In this document: piece after piece, positions 26,601 to 41,600 of the stretch
Numbering within the stretch: the first letter of the stretch is position 1
How the letters are laid out: each line of letters begins with the position of its first letter
Origin: Antedon mediterranea
Taxonomy: Eukaryota > Animalia > Echinodermata
NCBI RefSeq assembly: GCF_964355755.1
Contig: NC_092677.1
Coordinates: forward strand, 82,001 to 146,000
Reading direction: 5' to 3'
DNA length: 64,000 nucleotides
Made by a program: the position numbers and the translations under genes
Notes under the pieces: generated by a model
The model's input: the letters and a program-made list of their open reading frames with translations, nothing else
The model's database searches: none
What the model was told of the DNA's origin: nothing

Positions 26601-29600
26601 CTTATTTGATTGTTGAGTTAAGCATCTGCCATTCTGTGAACCATAAACAGCTCCTTTTAAGCACACCCCAACGCCATCGACACCTGGTTTAGAGCACCAT
26701 CCACACCCAGACTCTTGTAAACAATGCCGGCAACGTGTCTTAACACTACAAGGATCACTGGCCTCAGGTGGACAAGATGCAACATTGTCAATAAAATCAC
26801 CACAAAGTCCATTAATGCAATGAAGATGGATATATGTTGGTGACATGCACTGTAAAAAAAGTATTTACATGTAACTAAAAATGTATACTTTTAATTTTAA
26901 CACTGCTTATGTACTATAAGGTGAATGTTATGTTAAAATAAGTCAGATATTTGATTTTCTGGCTTTTTCTATGGTTTGATATGATTGTGTAAAGTATCAA
27001 ATGCAATCAAATCTCCCAATCAGACTCGGTGAAAACCAGAAACCCAAAACTAGACTTTTTGAAACGTCCAAAAGGTTCCAAATTCACCATTATAAACACA
27101 TTCATTAGGCCAGCCTAATAAGGGTGTGTGGTATTGGGAGAGTTGACAAGATGAATACGTATGTTGAAATAACCAAGATATTGGATCCTGTGCTAGCCTA
27201 ATAAGGGTGTGTGGTATTGGGAGAGTTGACAAGATGAATACGTATGTTGAAATAACCAAGATATTGGATCCTGTGCTAGCCTAATAAGGGTGTGTGGTAT
27301 TGGGAGAGTTGACAAGATGAATACGTATGTTGAAATAACCAAGATATTGGATCCTGTGCTAGCCTAATAAGGGTGTGTGGTATTGGGAGAGTTGACAAGA
27401 TGAATACGTATGTTGAAATAACCAAGATATTGGATCCTGTGCTAGCCTAATAAGGGTGTGTGGTATTGGGAGAGTTGACAAGATGAATACGTATGTTGAA
27501 TTAACCAAGATATTGGATCCTGTGCTAGCCTAATAAGGGTGTGTGGTATTGGGAGAGTTGACAAGATGAATACGTATGTTGAATTAACCAAGATATTGGA
27601 TCCTGTGCTTTGATTATGTACAACAAATTATGAACACATAGATTACCAGATTCAGGTTAGTGCTCCAAACGCAAGACTCCCAACCACTATCAGAACCTGC
27701 TTTATGTAGACACTGTCGGCATGACTCGTTTTGTAGACATGGTTCAGGGCACGTTGATGTATATTGGCTTGGTTGCTTTTTAATATCATCTGGTGCATTC
27801 GTGAAAATGTTTTCATGATAACAATTCCATGCATATGAATGCAACGGATTCATATGATTTCTATTTTCACCTAATAAAAGTTAAATGATCACACTGTTTA
27901 GATAAGTAGAATTAATGAAGTAGAGAAAGAAAGAAACTTAAAAGTTAAATGATCACACTGTTTAGATAAGTAGAATTAATGAAATAGAGAAAGAAAGAAA
28001 CTTAAAAGTTAAATGATCACACTGTTTAGATAAGTAGAATTAATGAAGTAGAGAAAGAAAGAAACTTTTTAGAATCTAGATCATTAAATTAAAACATGCT
28101 GTAAACATCCTGAATGCTTAAAAAAAATGAGTATTTACTTAGCCTCAGTACATGGTTTGTCCATATACAATTAAGATCATGACACTGGCTACATGTTGAG
28201 GCAGCACATTTTGATTCAGGACAATCAACATCACGTAGAATAGCATGTTCTGTTCTACACATCATGGTATCATCGCATTCCTCATCAATACTAATGCACT
28301 GCCCCTTAGGGCAATATGTGCACCATTTGCATGTCTACAAACAAACAAAATTATACATTTATACTACTTTACATCAAACATCAGGAAAGACATACACAAT
28401 GTGCTACGTTTAATCATACTTTTATCATAAATGTACATATATTTTTGACTTTGTTATTTTACTGTTTTTACAAGTTTTATAGAATTTTTTATGCATGTTT
28501 TAACCTTTTATTTTCTATAAACAGGACCACATGTAAAACAAGTGATACATCTATACCTGATAAAACATGTAAAACAAGTGATACATCTATACCTGATAAA
28601 ACATGTAAAACAAGTGATACATCTATACCTGATAAAACATGTAAAACAAGTGATACATCTATACCTGATAAAACATGTAAAACAAGTGATACATCTATAC
28701 CTGATAAAACATGTAAAACAAGTGATACATCTATACCTGATAAAACATGTAAAACAAGTGATACATCTATACCTGATAAAACATGTAAAACAAGTGATAC
28801 ATCTATACCTGATAAAACATGTAAAACAAGTGATACATCTATACCTGATAAAACATGTAAAACAAGTGATACATCTATACCTGATAAAACATGTAAAACA
28901 AGTGATACATCTATACCTGATAAAACATGTAAAACAAGTGATACATCTATACCTGATAAAACATGTAAAACAAGTGATACATCTATACCTGATAAAACAT
29001 GTAAAACAAGTGATACATCTATACCTGATAAAACATGTAAAACAAGTGATACATCTATACCTGATATGTTTTATCCTGTATAAATATGTTTAAATAAATA
29101 AAATAAGTAAATAATCATTGTCACAAGTGATACATCTATACCTGATATGTTTTTATCCTGTATAAATAGGTTTAAATAAATAAAATAAGTAAATAATCAT
29201 TGTCACAAGTGATACATCTATACCTGATATGTTTTTATCCTGTATAAATAGGTTTAAATAAATAAAACAAGTAAATAATCATTGTCACAAGTGATACATC
29301 TATACCTGATATGTTTTTATCCTGTATAAATAGGTTTAAATAAATAAAATAAGTAAATAATCATTGTCACAAGTGATACATCTATACCTGATATGTTTTA
29401 TCCTGTATAAATATGTTTAAATAAATAAAATAAGTAAATAATCATTGTCACAAGTGATACAGCTATACCTGATATGTTTTTATCCTGTATAAATAGGTTT
29501 AAATAAATAAAATAAGTAAATAATCATTGTCACAAGTGATACATCTATACCTGATATGTTTTTATCCTGTATAAATATGTTTAAATAAATAAAATAAGTA

Positions 29601-32600
29601 AATAATCATTGTCACAAGTGATACATCTATACCTGATATGTTTTATCCTGTATAAATATGTTTAAATAAATAAAATAAGTAAATAATCATTGTCACAAGT
29701 GATACATCTATACCTGATATGTTTTATCCTGTATAAATAGGTTTAAATAAATAAAATAAGTAAATAATCATTGTCACAAGTGATACATCTATACCTGATA
29801 TGTTTTATCCTGTATAAATAGGTTTAAATAAATAAAATAAGTAATAATCATTGTCACAAGTGATACATCTATACCTGATATGTTTTTATCCTGTATAAAT
29901 AGGTTTAAATAAATAAAATAAGTAATAATCATTGTCACAAGTGATACATCTATACCTGATATGTTTTATCCTGTATAAATAGGTTTAAATAAATAAAATA
30001 AGTAATAATCATTGTCACAAGTGATACATCTATACCTGATATGTTTTATCCTGTATAAATAGGTTTAAATAAATAAAATAAGTAATAATCATTGTCACAA
30101 GTGATACATCTATACCTGATATGTTTTTATCCTGTATAAATAGGTTTAAATAAATAAAATAAGTAAATAATCATTGTCACAAGTGATACATCTATACCTG
30201 ATATGTTTTATCCTGTATAAATAGGTTTAAATAAATAAAATAAGTAATAATCATTGTCACAAGTGATACATCTATACCTGATATGTTTTTATCCTGTATA
30301 AATAGGTTTAAATAAATAAAATAAGTAAATAATCATTGTCACAAGTGATACATCTATACCTGATATGTTTTATCCTGTATAAATAGGTTTAAATAAATAA
30401 AATAAGTAATAATCATTGTCACAAGTGATACATCTATACCTGATATGTTTTTATCCTGTATAAATAGGTTTAAATAAATAAAATAAGTAAATAATCATTG
30501 TCACAAGTGATACATCTATACCTGATATGTTTTTATCCTGTATAAATAGGTTTAAATAAATAAAATAAGTAAATAATCATTGTCACAGGGCTAGCTTCAC
30601 ACTATTTAGAAGCACCATCCTTAATAGTATTCTACTACTTTTATAAATCTTACTATGTCAGATAAGATAATAAATTAATAATCCCACCTTGTTTGCACTG
30701 GGAAATGATGGGTATTTAGGAACACACTCTGCACATGATGTTGCTAAGCTACAAGTACGGTCCTGTAGTCGTTGTTGGTTGCATAGATCACGTCCAAATG
30801 AATCTCCTCCGGATTGGCAACTGAATGGAAAAGGAAAGGTTAGATTATAAGGCAAGAAAGTAGCAGGAGCCAACCTACCATTTATCTACAAACTAAAAAC
30901 TTAGGATCACATGATAAATGGTCTTATACCTTTTGGGCTCACTAGCTGATTGGCTATTGTAACAGTAGATTTGATTTTTTGAATCATCACAAACAGAACA
31001 TCCAGGTCGTTCATAACAGCCATCCCTTGTTGTTTCTAACGAACAAAGATCAGTAGGAAGATCAAGTGCTACAATAGACCCATATGATATTCCTGTTTGT
31101 CCTCCATACACATAAATACGATTTCCTATAGCAACAATTGCCTGATCTTTGCTGATAAATGGTGTCTCCCCTACTGAGTATTCTGGAAAATAATAGTAAT
31201 AATCAAAACAAATATTTCAGAATTACATGGCCGTTAAGATATATAACTGCATTATAATCTCTTTATAAGGAGCAAACATACAATTGAACCAAACAAACCT
31301 GTTAGGTTAACCCACTGGTTACACATATACCTATAGGCGAGTATGGAGTATGTTAATTTTAATTTGTCATCGACACCACCTAATACAATCATGTTATCCT
31401 GAATGCTAATGGCTGAATGGAACAGATGAGGTGACAGCTGAAATACAAAAGATACAATAATTACTTAATAAACTATAAAGGTTTGCTGTTTGTAGAACAT
31501 TGTGTGTAAGAGGATTAACATTCTCAAATTCTAGACAATAAAGATGCCACAAGCTATCAGCCATCAGACAAGCAAACAATATACATTTTTATATCATTTT
31601 GTGTAATTTGTTGTATTAAACCTTCTAAATGCAGAGAGATGGCCAGCTTACATTCTGAAATATAAAACGCATAAAAGAGGAAATATAACAATAAAACTAT
31701 TAACTTACAGAATCTTCATTTGGAAGGATACTCCAATGTTTTGATGGAATATTGAACACATACAGAAGATCTGATATTTCAGTTTGGTTAACTCGGAATA
31801 TGTATCCACCAAAAACATAGAGGGCTTGAGTGTTCTCATCGTAAACTGTAGTGTGACCATATACACCTTAGAAATCAATATGAATTCATTTATATCACAA
31901 TATAAGATAAAAGAAAGTTGATAAAAACATCAGCAGACTGTCTATAAATGGATTCCAGAACTGACTTAAGGCTAAGTTGGCTGACTTAAGGCTAAGTTGG
32001 CTTACTTAAGTTTGCTTACTTCAGTTGGCTTACTTAAGTTGGCTTACTTATATAATTAGATGAGTTGAAATGTATATTGCACAATATCATAGGAGTAGAA
32101 TATGAAGAAACTAATTAAAACACACACAAATGAAATATGTATTTTATTACCAGTAGGAGATATTCCTGTTGTAGGAACCTTCCTCCAGGAATGACTGCGT
32201 ACTACACACTTCCAGGTATCATGGTTAAGGCCATGTTCAGGGGAATACCCTCCTATCAAGATTAGATATCCAGGGGAAGATCCTCCTATTTTTGTAAGTG
32301 TATGACCTGCAACTGCTGGTGGTGCATTGTCAAACTATTAAGATAATAAGCAGATATATGCACTTGTTAATTAAACCACAAAAGTACTTCAAAAATGTAA
32401 ATAATGACAACAAATGTACATTACTACATGGAAAATATTGATGATATAGGATTACATGAACAATTTACACTGGCTATTTACACTGGCTATTTACACTGGC
32501 TATTTATACTTACATGCAGGTTGAGACTAAGAGAGAACAAAGGATAAGAAAGTGAGAGAGAGTACCTTAGGTAAAACACGATTTGTTAAAAGTTGATGGA

Positions 32601-35600
32601 TTCTCTGAAGTTTGGATGCAAGAAAGATAAGAAAGATTTGTACAACATAAGAAGCACTGCATACAGGAATGATGCAAGTACTACATGTATAAGAACCATG
32701 TAAGCACAACATACAAGGACTACATTATACAGTATGTAGCAACACCACTTTAAGAACCCCATGTAAGCACAACATACAAGGACTACTTTATACAGTATGT
32801 AGCAACACCACTTTAAGAACCCCATGTAAGCACAACATACAAGGACTACTTTATACAGTATGTAGCAACACCACTTTAAGAACCCCATGTAAGCACAACA
32901 TACAAGGACTACATTATACAGTATGTAGCAACACCACTTTAAGAACCCCATGTAAGCACAACATACAAGGACTACATTATATACAGTATGTAGCAACACC
33001 ACTTTAAGAACCCCATGTAAGCATACATGACCACATAATCATTGGTACTTACAGATTCTAAATTCCACAATTTAGTTTCAATATCAAAAATCCACATATC
33101 ATCAAACACTTTACTGTAATCTTCACCTCCAAAAATCACCATCTTGTTGCCGTAGTAACATGCAGCAGTATGTCCCCTCGGAGAAGGTTTTAAAGACGTC
33201 GAAGGTTGTTGTTTTTTCCATTCACGTGAGCTGGTATTGAAGCTGTAAATAACATACAATTGTCTTTGAGTAAAAGTAGGTTATCTATCTCAGTCAAGTC
33301 AAATTATTTCTTTTTCAAAACAACATTTTTAAATATAAATAATAAAGAGGCAAAAACTCTGAAAGCAGAAAAAGGAAAGCCACTTAAGAAAAACATTTTA
33401 ATCAAATTAATGTTTAATTTAAAATGCAGAACACAAAAAAAAATCAGGATAGAAAAACAAGAAATCTTGAAACATTACAAAGAAGATTATTAAACGTTTA
33501 AAAAACGATAAGTGTGTAGGGCATTTTAATACTGGGTCAAGTGTAGTTAAAATTACCTCCAAATATCATTCATAAATCCATGTTGCATAGAGAAACCACC
33601 AAAAATGATGAGATTGCCGTCAGGTGTCTTCAGCATGACATGACTATCACGTCCACAAGGGTAGTCTTGCCCACAAATCTTGGCATTGGGCAACATGTCA
33701 GGGTCAAATATTGTAGTCCATACAACAGTTTTATTATCAATGCCTTGATTACAAGATACTCCACCAAAACCAGCATCACAAACACACAAACCTAGAGCCT
33801 GTAATCAAACATGTAAATTGAATGAAACACTCAGATATCCCATGCAGCAAAACATATTCATTCGGAATGAATTCACACTATAAATTGCTTACCTCATTAC
33901 AAACGCCATGCCTGCTACATTGATTTGGACAAATCTTCATTTCACACATATTGCCATGGAAACCCTCTTTACAAACACATTCCCCATTTACACATTTTCT
34001 GTTACCATAGCAATTTTTAGGGCATGAATGTACTTGAAAAAGGGCTTTAAAACCGTATGTCTCACTGTCTGTAGATGGTCTTGTTTTATAGAGTACTGTT
34101 AAGATACCTAAAATACAAGTACAATTAGGTCGGTGTTCATTCATTAATAAAATGTTCAGTTATTATTTTAGCTAATTCTAAATATAAATGTCATTGTACA
34201 TTTTTACACAAGATTAGTAAGAATAACAAGATGTACAATAAATATAAGTAAAAACAAGATTAGTATTATTTACCTGAATAGGCAGTTACTGTTAAATGCT
34301 GTGGTAAACCTTCACCACAAAACTTTCCAAGTATTTTACCGTGAGTGCCACTCACGTTCAGTGCCATGCCGTCATACACCGTCACAAACTCAAGCTAAAA
34401 TAGATAAAATAATCACGTCATAAACTATGACTCAATTCAAGAATGAAATAACCAGACAATTGTTTGTGTCATATTGAAGTAAAATAGATTAAAATTGTTA
34501 AACATAGTATAAACCAATATAGAGAAATGAGTGCAATTAAGATACAAATTGTAAACAAAAAGAAAAAAAAAACATATTATTGCTTGTGTTTATTTAGACA
34601 ACATACCCTGCAGTCAATGTTGATATCTTTCTGCATTGTAAATGAGATAGTAGGAACAGCCAATGGTTGGGTGACCTCTTGTTGTACACTCTCAAACACA
34701 CTCAATACCATCAAACAATAATTTACTTCTTCTGGCCATAATCTTGATTTATGAGGTTGATTTGATGTAATACCACCGCTGCTGATATTAGTCAGAAGAA
34801 TTCGTCCACTACATGGTATGTAACAGGACCCACCATTCCTACAATTAAAATAATGAATAAGTCCACTACATGGTATGTAACAGGACCCACCATTCCTACA
34901 ATTAAAATAATGAATAAGTCCACTACATAGTATGTAACAGGACCCACCATTCCTACAATTAAAATAATGAATAAGTCCACTACATGGTATGTAACAGGAC
35001 CCACCATTCCTACAATTAAAATAATGAATAAGTCCACTACATGGTATGTAACAGGACCCACCATTCCTACAATTAAAATAATTAATAAGTCCACTACATG
35101 GTATGTAACAGGACCCACCATTCCTACAATTAAAATAATGAATAAGTCCACTACATGGTATGTAACAGGACCCACCATTCCTACAATTAAAATAATGAAT
35201 AAGTCCACTACATGGTATGTAACAGGACCCACCATTCCTACAATTAAAATAATTAATAAGTCCACTACATGGTATGTAACAGGACCCACCATTCCTACAA
35301 TTAAAATAATGAACAAGTCCACTACATGGTATGTAATGGGACCCACCATTCCTACAATTAAAATAATGAATAAGTCCACTACATGGTATGTAACGGGACC
35401 CACCATTCCTACAATTAAAATAATGAATAAGTCCACTACATGGTATGTAACAGGACCCACCATTCCTACAATTAAAATAATGAATAAATCCACTACATGG
35501 TATGTAACAGGACCCATCATTCCTACAATTAAAATAATGAATAAATCCACTACATGGTATGTAACAGGACCCACCATTCCTACAATTAAAATAATGAATA

Positions 35601-38600
35601 AGTCCACTACATGGTATGTAACAGGACCCACCATTCCTACAATTAAAATAATGAATAAGTCCACTACATGGTATGTAACAGGACCCACCATTCCTACAAT
35701 TAAAATAATGAATAAATCCATTACATGGTATGTAACAGGACCCACCATTCCTACAATTAAAATAATGAATAAGTCCACTACATGGTATGTAACAGGACCC
35801 ATCATTCCTACAATTAAAATAATGAATAAGTCCACTACATGGTATGTAACAGGACCCATCATTCCTACAATTAAAATAATGAATAAATCCACTACATGGT
35901 ATGTAACAGGACCCACCATTCCTACAATTAAAATAATGAATAAGTCCACTACATGGTATGTAACAGGACCCACCATTCCTACAATTAAAATAATGAATAA
36001 GTCCACTACATGATATGTAACAGGACCCTCCATTCCTACAATTAAAATAATGAATAAGTCCACTACATGGTATGTAACAGGACCCACCATTCCAACAATT
36101 AAAATAATGAATAAGTCCACTACATGGTATGTAACAGGACCCAGCATTCCTACAATTAAAATAATGAATAAGTCCACTACATGGTATGTAACAGGACCCA
36201 CCATTCCTACAATTAAAATAATGAATAAGTCCACTACATGGTATGTAACAGGACCCACCATTCCTACAATTAAAATAATGAATAAGTCCACTACATGGTA
36301 TGTAACAGGACCCACCATTCCTACAATTAAAATAATGAATAAGTCCACTACATGGTATGTAACAGGACCCACCATTCCTACAATTAAAATAATGAATAAG
36401 TCCACTACATGGTATGTAACAGGACCCACCATTCCTACAATTAAAATAATTAATAAGTCCACTACATGGTATGTAACAGGACCCACCATTCCTACAATTA
36501 AAATAATGAATAAGTCCACTACATGGTATGTAACAGGACCCACCATTCCTACAATTAAAATAATGAATAAGTCCACTACATGGTATGTAACAGGACCCAC
36601 CATTCCTACAATTAAAATAATGAATAAGTCCACTACATGGTATGTAACAGGACCCACCATTCCTACAATTAAAATAATGAATAAATCCACTACATGGTAT
36701 GTAACAGGACCCACCATTCCTACAATTAAAATAATGAATAAGTCCACTACATGGTATGTAACAGGACCCATCATTCCTACAATTAAAATAATGAATAAAT
36801 CCACTACATGGTATGTAACAGGACCCACCATTCCTACAATTAAAATAATGAATAAGTCCACTACATGGTATGTAACAGGACCCACCATTCCTACAATTAA
36901 AATAATGAATAAGTCCACTACATGGTATGTAACAGGACCCACCATTCCTACAATTAAAATAATGAATAAATCCACTACATGGTATGTAACAGGGCCCACC
37001 ATTCCTACAATTAAAATAATGAATAAGTCCACTACATGGTATGTAACAGGACCCACCATTCCTACAATTAAAATAATGAATAAGTCCACTACATGGTATG
37101 TAACAGGACCCACCATTCCTACAATTAAAATAATGAATAAGTCCACTACATGGTATGTAACAGGACCCACCATTCCTACAATTAAAATAATGAATAAGTC
37201 CACTACATGGTATGTAACAGGACCCACCATTCCTACAATTAAAATAATGAATAAGTCCACTACATGGTATGTAACAGGACCCACCATTCCTACAATTAAA
37301 ATAATGAATAAATCCACTACATGGTATGTAACAGGACCCACCATTCCTACAATTAAAATAATGAATAAGTCCACTACATGGTATGTAACAGGACCCACCA
37401 TTCCTACAATTAAAATAATGAATAAATCCACTACATGGTATGTAACAGGACCCACCATTCCTACAATTAAAATAATGAATAAGTCCACTACATGGTATGT
37501 AACAGGACCCACCATTCCTACAATTAAAATAATGAATAAATCCACTACATGGTATGTAACAGGACCCACCACTCCTACAATTAAAATAATGAATAAGTCC
37601 ACTACATGGTATGTAACAGGACCCACCATTCCTACAATTAAAATAATTAATAAGTCCACTACATGGTATGTAACAGGACCCACCATTCCTACAATTAAAA
37701 TAATGAATAAGTCCACTACATGGTATGTAACAGGACCCATCCATCATTCCTACAATTAAAATAATGAATAAGTCCACTACATGGTATGTAACAGGACCCA
37801 CCATTCCTACAATTAAAATAATGAATAAGTCCACTACATGGTATGTAACAAGACCCACCATTCCTACAATTAAAATAATGAATAAGTCCACTACATGGTA
37901 TGTAACAGGACCCACCATTCCTACAATTAAAATAATGAATAAGTCCACTACATGGTATGTAACAGGACCCACCATTCCTACAATTAAAATAATGAATAAG
38001 TCCACTACATGGTATGTAACAGGACCCACCATTCCTACAATTAAAATAATTAATAAGTCCACTACATGGTATGTAACAGGACCCACCATTCCTACAATTA
38101 AAATAATGAATAAATCCACTACATGGTATGTAACAGGACCCACCATTCCTACAATTAAAATAATGAATAAGTCCACTACATGGTATGTAACAGGATCCAC
38201 CATTCCTACAATTAAAATAATGAATAAATCCACTACATGGTATGTAACAGGACCCACTATTCCTACAATTAAAATAATGAATAAGTCCACTACATGGTAT
38301 GTAACAGGACCCACCATTCCTACAATTAAAATAATGAATAAGTCCACTACATGGTATGTAACAGGACCCACCATTCCTACAATTAAAATAATGAATAAGT
38401 CCACTACATGGTATGTAACAGGACCCACCATTCCTACAATTAAAAATAATGAATAAGTCCACTACATGGTATGTAACAGGACCCACCATTCCTACAATTA
38501 AAATAATGAATAAAACAATTCATTCAAATACATACAACTAAACTAAAATTCATTATCCAAAAACATTGATTTAAACTTAAATACAACTAGAAGTTAAAAC

Positions 38601-41600
38601 ATACAGTTATGAACAACTATTTGGTTACAGTTCTATTCTTCTTCCTACCTACTGTATGGCCCTGACTAATACACTGTACAGTAAGTCTCATTACAGTTCT
38701 ATTCTTCTTGCTACCTACTGTATGGCCCTGACTAATACATTGTACAGTAAGTCTCATTACAGTTCTATTCTTCTTCCTACCTACTGTATGGCCCTGACTA
38801 ATACATTGTAGAGTAAGTCTCATTACAGTTCTATTCTTCTTCCTACCTACTGTATGGCCCTGACTAATACATTGTAGAGTAAGTCTCATTACAGTTCTAT
38901 TCTTCTTCCTACCTACTGTATGGCCCTGACTAATACACTGTACAGTAAGTCTCATTACAGTTCTATTCTTCTTCCTACCTACTGTATGGCCCTGACTAAT
39001 ACATTGTACAGTAAGTCTCATTACAGTTCTATTCTTCTTCCTACCTACTGTATGGCCCTGACTAATACATTGTACAGTAAGTCTCATTACAGTTCTATTC
39101 TTCTTTCTACCTACTGTATGGCCCTGACTAATACATTGTACAGTAAGTCTCATTACAGTTCTATTCTTCTTCCTACCTACTGTATGGCCCTGACTAATAC
39201 ATTGTACAGTAAGTCTCATTACAGTTCTATTCTTCTTGCTACCTACTGTATGGCCCTGACTAATACATTGTACAGTAAGTCTCATTACAGTTCTATTCTT
39301 CTTCCTACCTACTGTATGGCCCTGACTAATACATTGTACAGTAAGTCTCATTACAGTTCTATTCTTCTTGCTACCTACTGTATGGCCCTGACTAATACAT
39401 TGTACAGTAAGTCTCATTACAGTTCTATTCTTCTTCCTACCTACTGTATGGCCCTGACTAATACATTGTACAGTAAGTCTCATTACAGTTCTATTCTTCT
39501 TGCTACCTACTGTATGGCCCTGACTAATACATTGTACAGTAAGTCTCATTACAGTTCTATTCTTCTTCCTACCTACTGTATGGCCCTGACTAATACATTG
39601 TACAGTAAGTCTCATTACAGTTCTATTCTTCTTGCTACCTACTGTATGGCCCTGACTAATACATTGTAGAGTAAGTCTCATTACAGTTCTATTCTTCTTC
39701 CTACCTACTGTATAGCCCTGACTAATACATTGTACAGTAAGTCTCATTACAGTTCTATTCTTCTTCCTACCTACTGTATGGCCCTGACTAATACATTGTA
39801 CAGTAAGTCTCATTACAGTTCTATTCTTCTTCCTACCTACTGTATGGCCCTGACTAATACATTGTACAGTAAGTCTCATTACAGTTCTATTCTTCTTCCT
39901 ACCTACTGTATGGCCCTGACTAATACATTGTAGAGTAAGTCTCATTACAGTTCTATTCTTCTTGCTACCTACTGTATGGCCCTGACTAATACATTGTACA
40001 GTAAGTCTCATTACAGTTCTATTCTTCTTCCTACCTACTGTATGGCCCTGACTAATACATTGTACAGTAAGTCTCATTACAGTTCTATTCTTCTTTCTAC
40101 CTACTGTATGGCCCTGACTAATACATTGTAGAGTAAGTCTCATTACAGTTCTATTCTTCTTCCTACCTACTGTATGGCCCTGACTAATACATTGTAGAGT
40201 AAGTCTCATTAATGTTCTATTCTTCTTGCTACCTACTGTATGGCCCTGACTAATACATTGTACAGTAAGTCTCATTACAGTTCTATTCTTCTTGCTACCT
40301 ACTGTATGGCCCTGACTAATACATTGTAGAGTAAGTCTCATTACAGTTCTATTCTTCTTCCTACCTACTGTATGGCCCTGACTAATACATTGTACAGTAA
40401 GTCTCATTACAGTTCTATTCTTCTTCCTACCTACTGTATGGCCCTGACTAATACATTGTACAGTAAGTCTCATTACAGTTCTATTCTTCTTCCTACCTAC
40501 TGTATGGCCCTGACTAATACATTGTAGAGTAAGTCTCATTACAGTTCTATTCTTCTTCCTACCTACTGTATGGCCCTGACTAATACATTGTACAGTAAGT
40601 CTCATTACAGTTCTATTCTTCTTCCTACCTACTGTATGGCCCTGACTAATACATTGTACAGTAAGTCTCATTACAGTTCTATTCTTCTTGCTACCTACTG
40701 TATGGCCCTGACTAATACATTGTAGAGTAAGTCTCATTACAGTTCTATTCTTCTTCCTACCTACTGTATGGCCCTGACTAATACATTGTAGAGAAGTCTC
40801 ATTACAGTTCTATTCTTCTTCCTACCTACTGTATGGCCCTGACTAATACATTGTAGAGTAAGTCTCATTACAGTTCTATTCTTCTTGCTACCTACTGTAT
40901 GGCCCTGACTAATACATTGTAGAGTAAGTCTCATTACAGTTCTATTCTTCTTCCTACCTACTGTATGGCCCTGACTAATACATTGTACAGTAAGTCTCAT
41001 TACAGTTCTATTCTTCTTCCTACCTACTGTATGGCCCTGACTAATACATTGTAGAGTAAGTCTCATTACAGTTCTATTCTTCTTCCTACCTACTGTATGG
41101 CCCTGACTAATACATTGTACAGTAAGTCTCATTACAGTTCTATTCTTCTTCCTACCTACTGTATGGCCCTGACTAATACATTGTACAGTAAGTCTCATTA
41201 CAGTTCTATTCTTCTTGCTACCTACTGTATGGCCCTGACTAATACACTGTACAGTAAGTCTCATTACAGTTCTATTCTTCTTCCTACCTACTGTATGGCC
41301 CTGACTAATACATTGTACAGTAAGTCTCATTACAGTTCTATTCTTCTTCCTACCTACTGTATGGCCCTGACTAATACATTGTACAGTAAGTCTCATTACA
41401 GTTCTATTCTTCTTCCTACCTACTGTATGGCCCTGACTAATACATTGTACAGTAAGTCTCATTACAGTTCTATTCTTCTTCCTACCTACTGTATGGCCCT
41501 GACTAATACATTGTACAGTAAGTCTCATTACAGTTCTATTCTTCTTCCTACCTACTGTATGGCCCTGACTAATACATTGTACAGTAAGTCTCATTACAGT

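Noticed and set aside
28316-29093. TCKTSDTSIPDK repeat protein on the plus strand
   Set aside because: Translation of a 36-bp intronic repeat antisense to MEGF8.
34792-38456. MVGPVTYHVVDLFIILIVG and plus-strand MNKSTTWY ORFs
   Set aside because: These are alternative frames of the 57-bp array; only the NGGSCYIPC frame connects to MEGF8.
34805-38513. Recursive (ratchet) splicing through the acceptor array
   Set aside because: The unit has AG|GA, not AG|GT, so a donor is not regenerated at the junction; the nearby GTGGGT would leave 5-nt remnants.
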